Part shown: piece after piece, positions 41,317 through 50,468 of the stretch
Layout of the letters: each line of letters opens with the position of its first letter
Numbering within the stretch: the stretch's first letter is position 1
From: a virus
Taxonomy: Duplodnaviria; Caudoviricetes
IMG/VR virus record: IMGVR_UViG_2840619991_000006
Span: 52,160-116,159 of that record
DNA length: 64,000 nt
Direction: 5' to 3' (one strand)
Made by a program: the position numbers and the translations under genes
The notes under the pieces: generated by a model
The model's database searches: none
Told to the model about the DNA's origin: nothing
What the model saw: only the letters and a program-made list of their open reading frames with translations

Positions 41317-42146
41317 TCCCTTGTTGACCAAACGAATGCCAGAATCTCCGTTCTGCAAGTGTCTCTATCCTTCATGATCTTTCGACCGGGTAAGTGAAGT
41401 ATGCGAAAACCCATGCTTTCAATGTAAAGATCGCGTAGCGTCTCGCCTTCTTTGTTTGTATGCCAGCGCTCGCCATCCGCTTCAACCACTAGGTTTGTTC
41501 CCGAAATGAGAAAGTCCACCCATTTAGTGCCAATTCGCGCGTTAAACTGAAACTCAACTCCTCCTTCAGTTAATATTTCCGCGACAATTTTTTCTATATT
41601 TGTATACCCCTTGCCCTTCGTTTTCTTCGCTATGATGGCGTTTGGATGCCTTTCCGGATGAAGAGCATAAAGTTCCCTCATGCGGACAGAATGAGCTTCG
41701 TTTCGCCGGCCACGCAAAATACCCGCGCAGATTTCACTGCGGCGCGCTATCGATGGAGTATCTTCTTTCGTTTTGCCCTTTGCCCACGTCCGGCCAATCG
41801 CAAGACCTTCGGCCCTTCGCCCTGTCGCCTTTTTGCCTCTGTTGGCTTTGGCTATCTTCAAGCCACCTATCCGTAAGGACTCGCATGTTTCAGCGGTCAG
41901 TCCTTTGTTCCATGCCGGACGCCCCCTAGCCCCAATGCTTGTTCTGATCGCAATAGATTCTAAGCGCGGGTCGTCTGCGCGAGTCAGTCCTTTGTTCCAC
42001 GTCCCTGTGCATACACGCGAACAGTACTGCGCCTTATGCCACTGCTCATCACTGTATTTGCTGTTTCGCTTGAAATAGGCTCCGCACCGAGTGCACGGCT
42101 TGACTTCAACATACTTCCGCATATTTCCGTGGAATTGGTTGGTCAT
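41313..42146 (-). CDS. Free-standing putative homing endonuclease (zinc finger, WNKGLT repeats, DUF559/Vsr-like PD-(D/E)xK domain)
   Basis: CTRC..YCSRVC, three W(N/A)KG(L/K)T repeats, VDFLI..VVEADGERWH; lower GC than flanks. Confidence 0.78.
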   Translation of the reverse strand: MTNQFHGNMRKYVEVKPCTRCGAYFKRNSKYSDEQWHKAQYCSRVCTGTWNKGLTRADDPRLESIAIRTSIGARGRPAWNKGLTAETCESLRIGGLKIAKANRGKKATGRRAEGLAIGRTWAKGKTKEDTPSIARRSEICAGILRGRRNEAHSVRMRELYALHPERHPNAIIAKKTKGKGYTNIEKIVAEILTEGGVEFQFNARIGTKWVDFLISGTNLVVEADGERWHTNKEGETLRDLYIESMGFRILHLPGRKIMKDRDTCRTEILAFVWSTRE

Positions 42147-42193
42147 CTCGTTGGCTCTTCTGGTGCGGCAACAAGTAGAATAACAGAATGGAT

Positions 42194-42637
42194 CTATACG
42201 CGCTGCTTGGCAATTATCGCTTCTTTCATTATCTCGTTCAACCGCATTTCGACTTCTGCCATTGTGACGCGAACCATTCCTTCAGGCGCTTTTTGGGAGT
42301 GGCCATATTCGAGAGCTTTTATGTAAGATACCCCATTCGCTATTAGAATTTTCCCTTGACCGACCACTTTGAACGACGAAAGCTGAGCAAGGTCTTCAGC
42401 AGAATGGTCGCCTACCTCTCGGACCGCTACTTGGTCACCATGGACAAGGATTTGCCAATTCGCCCTCGCCATCCCTGTTGCCACCGGAGTTTTCATCACG
42501 ACGCCGTTGTAGATGGCCAGCGCCAGCCGCTTTGTGAGGTCGTCCACCGTCGCGTCGAGCTGGTCGGCGAAGGTGCGAAGGTTCCGTGAGAACTCGAAGA
42601 ATCCGCCTCGACTGCCGGGCGCGGCCTTGAAGGGCAT
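42194..42637 (-). CDS. HK97 gp10-like head-tail/tail completion protein
   Basis: TPVATGMARANW, YIKALEYGHSQKAPEGMVR. Confidence 0.85.
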   Translation of the reverse strand: MPFKAAPGSRGGFFEFSRNLRTFADQLDATVDDLTKRLALAIYNGVVMKTPVATGMARANWQILVHGDQVAVREVGDHSAEDLAQLSSFKVVGQGKILIANGVSYIKALEYGHSQKAPEGMVRVTMAEVEMRLNEIMKEAIIAKQRV

Positions 42638-42718
42638 CGGTGCCTCCTGAAACGGGAAGGGCGCCACCAGCAGCCATGTGCCGGGGCGCCCTTCCTGGTT
42701 GGTGACGGGTGACGAGGA

Positions 42719-42993
42719 TCAGTCCTCCAGCAGCCCTTGGCCTGCTTGAAGGACACCTTGGTCTTCGCGCGGACCGTGACGGTCTCGCCGGTGCGGGGAT
42801 TCCGCCCCGGACGCTCCTCGGTGTGCTTCACGGTGAAGTTGCCGAAGCCGTGGAGCTGGACGTCATGACCGTCCTTCAGTTCCTCACCGATGGCGCCCAG
42901 CACCATGTCCAGGGCCTCGCCGGCGGCTTTCTTGGTGACGCCGCGCTTCTCGGCGATGGCGTCGACGATGTCCTTCTTGCTGCGCGTGCTCAT
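42719..42993 (-). CDS. HU family DNA-binding protein (3' frameshift at ~42735)
   Basis: VQLHGFGNF, RPGRNPRTGE; one extra G gives the normal end KGLLED*. Confidence 0.9.
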
Positions 42994-43006
42994 AATGGTG
43001 TTTCCT

Positions 43007-43416
43007 TCAGTGCTTCTTGCCGAGGCCGATCTGCTTCGCGAATTCGGACCGCTTGGCGGCGTAGTTCGGAGCCGTCATCGGGTAGTCCGCGGGCAGGCCC
43101 CACTTGGCCCGGTATTCCTCCGGAGTCATGCCGAAGGCCGTGCGCAGATAGCGCTTCAGCATCTTCAGCTTCTTGCCGTCTTCCAGGCAGACGATGTAGT
43201 CCGGCATCACCGACTTCTTCACCGGCACGGCGGGACGCAGTTCCACCGGTTCTGGTTTGGGGGCTTCGTGGCCAACGGTGGCGAGGGCGCCGAAGGTGAT
43301 GGACACCAAATCGGGGATCTTGTCCGGGGCGACGTTGTGATTGCCGACATAAGCGGCGACGACTTGGGCGGTAAGCGCCTGAAGGCCGGCGTTGTCGGAC
43401 GCGGCGGCAGTGTTCA
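43007..43416 (-). CDS. mucR: MucR/Ros family zinc-finger regulator
   Basis: PAVPVKKSV.PDYIVCLEDGKKLKMLKRYL, YRAKWGLP.DYPMTAPNY; start uncertain (43416-43483). Confidence 0.92.
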
Positions 43417-43895
43417 CTTGCTGAGCCTCATGGATGTTTGGTGGTTGCTGTAAGTCCACCGTAAATCCGATGAGTTCTGGCAAACAATACGGTTTCGTCT
43501 GACTGAGAAATGGGAATTCGATTTTTGTGTTGGAGAATTCGCAACACCGATATTTTCGGTTTCATCTGCGCCGCTTTCCGGCGCGCGATCAGCCCAGGAT
43601 CGGTGTGGCGTCGGTCTGGGCGACGCCCCGCAGGCGCGGCCTCAACGCACGCCCGTAGACGCGCCGGTAGAGCGCCGCCACAGTGGGGTGTTGGCCGGGC
43701 TGGAACGGGCGCCGGTGCACCTCGGGGAATGGCTGGCCGAGGCAGGAAGGGCGGCTCACGGAACCGGAGCCGGAGCGGCGGACATCGTAGGACGCCGCCT
43801 CCGTGAAGAACGGGGACGAGAAGTCGGTCATGGTGGTGATCCGCGATGTTCGAGGCTGGGGTCTACCCTGGAAGGTCGAGGCGGAGGTCATTTCG

Positions 43896-44489
43896 TCAGG
43901 CGCAGCGGCACTCGAAAGCTGCGCCGGCAGGATCGGACTGTACCGGAGGCGCGCCAGCAGTCCCCGCGGGCACGATGGTGATGATGCCGTCCGGGGTCGT
44001 GATCCGGTCGCCGGGCCGGGGCCTGACACCGTTCGGCAGGGTGGCGCCCAGGATGATGGCGCGCTTGTCAGTGGCGCGGACGATGCCCCCGGCAATGACG
44101 TGGTCCGAGTAGCCGGTCACCAAGCCCTTGCATGGATGCGTGACCACGCGGGCGGCGAACTCGACGGAGCCGCCGTTGACCGGCGCGGAGGGGAGGGGAG
44201 GGGCGAACTCCACACCGGCCAGCTTGCCGCCTGCCGTCGTGGTGCTGTTCGCCACCGTGTAGGTGGTCGTGGATGCGCCGATCCGGAACGTGGCGCCGGG
44301 CGCCAAGCCGGGGATGGAAACAGGCACGTCCTTCAGGTTGATGCTGGTCGCGCCTGCGGTGAACGAGCCGTCGATCCTGGCGCTGCCGCCGTCAAGTTGC
44401 CGGTGGAGGGTCAGGTCGTAGGCGGCGCCAGCGGCGGGAAGGGCCTTGGCCGCGATCTGCGCGACCCGGCGGAGAAGGCGGGTGGTCAT
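43896..44489 (-). CDS. Head closure/stopper-like virion protein
   Basis: GIVRATDKRAII...PRPGDRI pattern; neck-gene position. Confidence 0.6.
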   Translation of the reverse strand: MTTRLLRRVAQIAAKALPAAGAAYDLTLHRQLDGGSARIDGSFTAGATSINLKDVPVSIPGLAPGATFRIGASTTTYTVANSTTTAGGKLAGVEFAPPLPSAPVNGGSVEFAARVVTHPCKGLVTGYSDHVIAGGIVRATDKRAIILGATLPNGVRPRPGDRITTPDGIITIVPAGTAGAPPVQSDPAGAAFECRCA

Positions 44490-44559
44490 GGCGGCGGTCC
44501 CCCGAGTAGGAGAAGGCGCGGCCCCGGTGAGGGGGCCGCAGTCACGATGCAGAGGGGCG

Positions 44560-44913
44560 TCAGGTGAAGGTGCGCGCCACCACGAAGGCTGCCGTCGCAA
44601 CGCCGCTGTTGAACGAGAGCTGTCCAGCGGTTGGGTTGACCCACGTCACCTCAATGGTGTCGTCGGCGGACACCCGTGCGGTGATCGGCTTGAGATGACC
44701 CGCCACCGTGGGCGGCTGGAAGCCGATGACGATGTCACCGGCCTTGACGCCTTCCGCGTTGACGGTGCTGGTCGCCGTGGCGTTCGCCGCGACGTTGGTC
44801 ACGGTGATGGGGGCGTAGAAGATGGTCAGCGCCTTGATGCCGGTGCCGTCGCCCACCTGAAGGCCTCCCACGGCGAGGCCACCCTGCAGGCGCTGCTGGA
44901 TGTTCATGGGCAT
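44560..44913 (-). CDS. Head decoration/fibre-like protein
   Basis: GVKAGD.V...ARVSADDTIEV beta-rich motif; after capsid. Confidence 0.6.
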   Translation of the reverse strand: MPMNIQQRLQGGLAVGGLQVGDGTGIKALTIFYAPITVTNVAANATATSTVNAEGVKAGDIVIGFQPPTVAGHLKPITARVSADDTIEVTWVNPTAGQLSFNSGVATAAFVVARTFT

Positions 44914-44915
44914 GC

Positions 44916-45437
44916 TCAGCCCTCCTTGTTCTGCTCGGCCGCCAGAGCGGCGAGCTTGTCACGGACACGCTGGCGGAGCTTGTCGTCGCCCAGGGCCGGA
45001 GCCGGTTCGTCGCCGGTCTTGATGAGCCAATCCCGCATCTCCTTGCGGTCGGCCGTCTCCGGGTCGATGGGCGACAGTTCGGGCTTGGCACCTTCCGCGC
45101 TGTTGCCTCCGCCCTCGCCCTCTGTCCCTTGGCTGCTCTGCCCCTCTTCCGCCGGGCCAGCCTGCGTGCCGCCCTCGGCGGTTACCGGCATGCCCTCGCC
45201 GCCCGGAAGCAGTGCCGGCTGCTGGTCGCCGTCTGCGATTGAGGGAGCCGCATCAGCGGCGGGTTGCGGCGCCGGATACCAGAACACATGCTCCGTTCGC
45301 GCCATCGCCATGCGATTTTGCTTCGGCCACTTCATGGCCTTCTCGGCGGTGATCTCCGTTCCGATGCAGAGAACGCCGCCCGCGGTGCGGAGGGGCTTGC
45401 GCACCCTCCCACCGTACTCGCCAAAGGCTTGGAGCAT
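44916..45437 (-). CDS. Hypothetical head-associated protein
   Basis: Immediately downstream of the major capsid gene. Confidence 0.55.
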   Translation of the reverse strand: MLQAFGEYGGRVRKPLRTAGGVLCIGTEITAEKAMKWPKQNRMAMARTEHVFWYPAPQPAADAAPSIADGDQQPALLPGGEGMPVTAEGGTQAGPAEEGQSSQGTEGEGGGNSAEGAKPELSPIDPETADRKEMRDWLIKTGDEPAPALGDDKLRQRVRDKLAALAAEQNKEG

Positions 45438-45439
45438 GC

Positions 45440-46399
45440 TTACACCACCATGTCGGCGAAGAAGTAGCCCAGCGGCTGGCCGGTCACCTTCCAGTTGATG
45501 AACAGCTCGCCCTCGATGCGCTCGCTGTTCAGCCCCAGAAGCGGCGTCGGGATGCGCGCCATACGGACGCCCTTCTCGACGCCGTTCAGGGCCGTGCCCC
45601 GAAGCGCGAAGGTGTAGCCGCAGGACGGCGTCTTCAGCGCCGGGGTGTGCGGGGCGAAGGACAGCAGGGCGTGCTTACCGGCGATGAAGTTGCCTTCACC
45701 GTCGCCTTCCGGACCGGTGCGGTGGACGCCGCCGGCCTGGAGATAGCGCTCCACCTCGAACAGCGCTGCGAGGCCGGCCTCGTTCGGGGCCTTGCCGTCG
45801 AAGCGGTCCAGAATCAGTGGATGGTTCTTCAGGCGGGCGTGCACCGTGGGGTGGACGGTCAGCGTGTTCGGCTTGCGACCGGTGTTCTGCCAGATCCACA
45901 GCCGGGCGGTGTCGATGTCCTCGATGGGGTTGCTGCTGGCGTAGTCGTCCCACTTGCCGATGGTGTCACCGCCCACCTTGTCCTGCCCCCAGACCCCGGT
46001 CTTGAAGTACTGCCCGAGGAAATCCTCTTCCGCCGTGATGAGGATGTTGCTCATCACGAAATCGACGGAGGTCTGGTCGAGTTCCAGCTGGCTGTCTGAG
46101 TTGTCGCGCTCACGCTGCGTGACCGGCTTGTGATGCGCGTAGGGGTCGGTCAGGTCATAGCTGTCCGTCGAGGTCTTGAAGCCGCCGCCGGACGACTCGG
46201 TGCCATCCGCACGGCGACGAGCCCGGCCACGCATGAAGGAGTCGATGTCGAAGACGTAGTACTTGTCCGTCTCCTTCTCGACGGGGCACGTCGGGAAGAT
46301 TTTGTTGAAGACGAAGTTGTCCGCCGACTGCATGTAAGCGATGGACAGGTTTGCCAACGGCTTTTCGACATGCATCATGTTGCGATTGGGAAGCGCCAT
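45440..46399 (-). CDS. Major capsid protein
   Basis: LANLSIAYMQ, IFPTCPV, GRKPNTL, PSCGYTF motifs; position after scaffold/decoration. Confidence 0.85.
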   Translation of the reverse strand: MALPNRNMMHVEKPLANLSIAYMQSADNFVFNKIFPTCPVEKETDKYYVFDIDSFMRGRARRRADGTESSGGGFKTSTDSYDLTDPYAHHKPVTQRERDNSDSQLELDQTSVDFVMSNILITAEEDFLGQYFKTGVWGQDKVGGDTIGKWDDYASSNPIEDIDTARLWIWQNTGRKPNTLTVHPTVHARLKNHPLILDRFDGKAPNEAGLAALFEVERYLQAGGVHRTGPEGDGEGNFIAGKHALLSFAPHTPALKTPSCGYTFALRGTALNGVEKGVRMARIPTPLLGLNSERIEGELFINWKVTGQPLGYFFADMVV

Positions 46400-46438
46400 G
46401 TGTGATTTTCCTTTTCAAGAAATACCGAAAGCCGCCGA

Positions 46439-46828
46439 TCAGGCGAGCGGGACGAACTGCGGGTTGACGAACATCGACTGCTCGACACCATCGGCCGTGC
46501 CCTGCGTCAGGACGCCGAGCACGTAATCGCCGGAGCTGGCGGCACCGATTTCGCCATCCGCGCCATTGGCGGTGACGCGGGCGCCGCGCGTCACGGTCGC
46601 ACCACCCACGGCACGGGTGATGCCGAACACGCAGACATCGGCCTTGCTGCCGGCCTTCGGGGCGTTCTGCAGGATGCCGATGCACATCGCGCCCTGGCCG
46701 GACGGGGGGATGACGGAGTCGTCGGCCGCGGTGCTCAGCATCACGGCTTTGTACTGGTGGTCGGAGAGATCGACACCGGCGGTGAAGGTGCCGATGCGCG
46801 TCATGTTGGCTTCATACGGGAGGCTCAT
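46439..46828 (-). CDS. Capsid decoration/cement protein (DUF2190-like)
   Basis: GILQNAPKAG..V..G...GGATVTRG motif. Confidence 0.75.
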   Translation of the reverse strand: MSLPYEANMTRIGTFTAGVDLSDHQYKAVMLSTAADDSVIPPSGQGAMCIGILQNAPKAGSKADVCVFGITRAVGGATVTRGARVTANGADGEIGAASSGDYVLGVLTQGTADGVEQSMFVNPQFVPLA

Positions 46829-46875
46829 GAATAGCTTCCTTCCTGGATCAGATCTGCGGTCGGTTGGGGCAGGGA

Positions 46876-48350
46876 TCAGGCCGTGCGCGGCGCGCTCGTT
46901 TCGGCATGCACGCGGTCATACAGTCCGGGCGTGTTCTGGTACGCCTTCGTCAGGGCCTGCTCTTCGGTAAGATCCGGCTGTGCCTTGCGGATGTCCGCGG
47001 CCTTGGCCAGCGCTTCGGTCATGGCGGTCCCGCTGGCGGGGGAGCCCGACTTGCCGATCTCGCCGGACAGCACGTTCTTGCCCACGGCCTCGTTGCCGGC
47101 CTTCAGCACGGCCTCCAGCGTCTTACGCACCGGCTCGTCCATGGTCTCCATGGCCTTCAGAACGCCGGCCATTTCCTCACCCGAGGCGGGCAGGTTGCCG
47201 AAGTCGGTGTTGGCCTTGGCGACACGGGCGGTGTGCTCGCGAGCCTCCTTCTCGGCCTTGGCGAGGGCATTCGCCTCGTCCACGGCCTTCTGCATGGTTT
47301 CGAACTGCGCCTTCAGCACAGGGCTGTCAGCGAGCGCCTTGGCGATGGGGTCCTCCGCCGGGGCCGCACCCTTGGCGATGGCGTCGGTGATGATCTTGGC
47401 CGCGCATTCCGGCAGCGCCTTGATGACGTCCTCGACGGTCGCGGCCTTGGCGAGCGTGTCGGACAGGTTCGGGGTGTTGTTGCCGCTCACGGCGGGGTCT
47501 CCCTTGTTGAGGTCGGAGGGGGTGGGGTTCTGGGCGAGTGCCGCGCCGCCGCCGGTCGGGCCGGTCTTCAGCAGGGCGTTGGTGGCGGCGTTCGCGGCGG
47601 CGATGGCGGCGGCCATGCGCCGGGCGATGGCGTTCTTGAACTCCTCCAGGCTGGTCACGACCATCTGGAGCTTCGTGTCGTCGGGCTCGGACGACTCGAG
47701 GATGGAGCGCAGGGCGGTGTAGAGGGCGTCGTTGAAACGCCACCAGTCCTGCATGGCGAGTTCGGCGGGCAGCACCTGACCGAAGGTCTTGGCGTCGTCT
47801 TCATCGGACTTCGCCAGGGCGGCGGTGCCGGCGGCGAAGGCGTCGGTAGCCTTCTTGACCTCCGTAGCGCCGATGGACTTGGCATCCGCGACGGCCTTGG
47901 CGATGCCGGCATAGAGCCCGACAGGCGGATTGGCGACGCCCTTGAACAGGTCGGCCATGATGTCGGTGACCGACTTCGCCAGCGGATCGGCGGCGGGCAC
48001 GGTCTGGGGGATGGCGAGCGGCGCAGCCTTCGCGACGGGCGGCTTCTGGGACGCGCAGGCCCGGACTTTGTGCAGGCGTCGTTGGTGGTGCAGTCAGGGC
48101 AGGGGGTGAAGGCGGGCGGCGTGCCGGCCTTGTTGACGGGATCGCCCGTGTTGCCGGGCGACGCCCCACCTGGGGCGGGGGTGCTCATGGGGTTGGCCTC
48201 GCTGGTGGTGGATGGGGAAGGGGATGGCGGACCGGCGCCGGTGTCCGCCTTGTGGAGGGCGACCGTGGCGCCGGGGTTCATCCCGCGCCGACAGACAGCG
48301 ACTTCGCCGATGCTCATGTTCGAGAGGTTGGCGACGGGCTTGTCCGGCAT
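46876..48350 (-). CDS. Scaffold / head maturation protein (frameshift at ~48061)
   Basis: N-term IGEVAVCRRGMNPGA, Ala/Lys-rich body; one extra G at 48060-48062 joins ORFs 47655..48350 and 46876..48000. Confidence 0.7.
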
Positions 48351-48453
48351 GGGCTGGCCTCACTGGGTGGAAGGGCAGGGGAGGCGGAACGCGGAAAGGC
48401 CGCACGGGCGTGGTGCCCGGCGGCCTGTCGGTGGAGCGGCGATGTGGAGCGGA

Positions 48454-49917
48454 TCAGCCCGCGGCGGGCGTCCTGGTGCCGGTGCCGCCGATGCTGAAGG
48501 AGACGTAGTTCCCGGCCTTGATCTCGGCCCACACCTTGTCGTCGGTGATGTAGTAGCCGCCCCACCAGCCGACGCAGTGGAGATCCATCACGGCGGGGAT
48601 GCCCATGGTGATGAGGCTGGCCACCATCGCCTGCTGCTTCTCCACGGTGAAGACGCAGGACTCCACGAGCTTGCCGACGCCGATCAGGACGTGGGTGTCG
48701 GAGGCGACGCGGGCGTTCAGGACGTGCCCATAGGCGGCGGGCTCCAGCTCGTCCGGCGCGATGCGGTCGCCTTCCCGGTCGGTGACCGGCTGACCGTCGA
48801 TCTCCACGATGCTGAACCAACCGAAGACGAGGCGCTGGTCGTCATCGACCTTGCAGATGTTGGCGGAGAGGGTGAAACGGTCGGGGCTGGTGGTCGCGGT
48901 CCCTTTCGACACGGCGTCGTCACCGGCCCCGTTGCCTTCCGCGAACGCGATGATGGCGGCAACCGTCTCCTGTGGAATCGTGAACGTGCCGTCCTCATGC
49001 AAGACGATCGGCGGAACCGTCGGGTAGATGTCGGAGAGTGCACCGCTCTCCATCGCCTTGCGGAAGGCGGCGACGTTGTCCGCCAAGATGGACGGGACTG
49101 CCTTCAGCACGTTGGTGACCGCTGTCAGGTCGGCGAAACGAACCGTCCTCTCGTCCTCCCCGCGCAGCCACGCGGCGGCGAGGTCGTGATGCCCGTCCGC
49201 GATGTGCAGCCGGCCGGGCTCCAACATGACCACGATGGGCTCATGCCCGCCGCCACCGTTCTCCACCTTCGCCATCACCTTCCCAGTGTCGACCCGGTTC
49301 TGCATGGCGAGGAGCTGGTCCAGCTTCACGGTCTGGAGCGGCCAGCGCTCCCGGTCGGTCAGCACGCCGAGGAAGCGCGGTACCTGATCGGGGCGGAGCC
49401 GGGCGAACACCGTCTGGTCGTATGGGAAGGGCGGGCAGCTGGTCTTGTCGTCGATGGGCTGGAGTGCGCGAGGCGCGGCCGGCGGGTCCTGTACGGCGCT
49501 TCCCGCCGCCTTCCCGAACGCTTCCTTCACCTGGGTGAACCGAACCGGAATCGTGGCCTGTCCGGTCTTCCGCGCCGCGGCCAGCCGCTTCTTGCCGCGA
49601 ACCAGCACCCGATTGCCTTCCGGGTCCACGGCGATGTCGATTGGCGGCGGCACCTCACCGGCCTCGAACTTCGCGACGGCATCGAGCAGCCCGGCGTCAT
49701 CGTCCGGCACATCGGCGGCGATGTCTTCCAAGTCCGCCAGCGCGACGGGGGTGCCGACGCGGAACTTGCCGTCGGCGTGGCGGAAGTGGCCCTTCTCGAT
49801 GGATTGCGCGAGGGCCTTGCCGAAGGTCAGCGGGGCGGCGGTCGATGCGCTGGCCGGCGCAGCGGAGCCTTGCGCCGGCGCCTTCAGGGCATCGAGGAAG
49901 GAGAGCGGAGCGGGCAT
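48454..49917 (-). CDS. XkdF-like prohead serine protease with two N-terminal ParB/Srx-like domains
   Basis: C-term KVDDDQRLVFGW, DREGD, WAEIKAG...FSIGG; N-term PIDI..VRGKKRLAAA and PIVV..IADGHH.LAAA. Confidence 0.75.
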   Translation of the reverse strand: MPAPLSFLDALKAPAQGSAAPASASTAAPLTFGKALAQSIEKGHFRHADGKFRVGTPVALADLEDIAADVPDDDAGLLDAVAKFEAGEVPPPIDIAVDPEGNRVLVRGKKRLAAARKTGQATIPVRFTQVKEAFGKAAGSAVQDPPAAPRALQPIDDKTSCPPFPYDQTVFARLRPDQVPRFLGVLTDRERWPLQTVKLDQLLAMQNRVDTGKVMAKVENGGGGHEPIVVMLEPGRLHIADGHHDLAAAWLRGEDERTVRFADLTAVTNVLKAVPSILADNVAAFRKAMESGALSDIYPTVPPIVLHEDGTFTIPQETVAAIIAFAEGNGAGDDAVSKGTATTSPDRFTLSANICKVDDDQRLVFGWFSIVEIDGQPVTDREGDRIAPDELEPAAYGHVLNARVASDTHVLIGVGKLVESCVFTVEKQQAMVASLITMGIPAVMDLHCVGWWGGYYITDDKVWAEIKAGNYVSFSIGGTGTRTPAAG

Positions 49918-49930
49918 GCGGTGCGTTCCC

Positions 49931-50451
49931 TCAGAAGGCGGGGGCTTGGTGGAAGCGATGAAGATCGGCGTGACGTCGAGCGTGTTTTCGGCGCGCAGCA
50001 GCGGCGCCAGCAGCGCCTCCGCCTCGGTGTAGCTCGTCGTCAGCGTCTGGCCCGGCTCGAACTCAACGGACACCGGCCCGGCCTTCACGGAGCGGATGCC
50101 GGTGTCGCTGTCCTCCAGCAAAGGGCCGTCCAGCGCCTTCAGCGCCAGCATGCAGGCGGCTTCCTGGTACCGCCACGGGATCTCGGAATCGCCGATGGCC
50201 GGACCGCCGGTCTCGGCGCAATCGGTGCGCGGGAACGGGAGCCGCCCGCGCGCCGCGCCCTTGAACGGCAGCCCGGCGAGGTAGCGGGTCGCCGTGCGGA
50301 TGCCGGCCTCCTTCGTGCCGCTGGCGGCGAGAAGCCATGCCGCCACACCCTCGGTCAGCGGGTTGTCCGCGGCGAACTGGTCCACCTCCGCTACCGACAC
50401 GGCGGCGTTGGCGCCGGCGGGCAGGGTGCCGTCTTCAACGATCAAGGGCAT
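49931..50451 (-). CDS. DnaT-like head-tail adaptor protein
   Basis: MPLIVEDGT..ANA.VSV, LPFPR, KAGPVSVEF; apparent fusion to the next gene resolved by one extra C at 49940-49944. Confidence 0.75.
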
Positions 50452-50468
50452 GGCGCTGGGCTCCTTGG

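Noticed and set aside
48454-50451. True 665-aa fusion of DnaT-like adaptor and protease
   Set aside because: One extra C at 49940-49944 gives a stop at 49931 followed by an RBS and ATG at 49917, matching the other homopolymer errors
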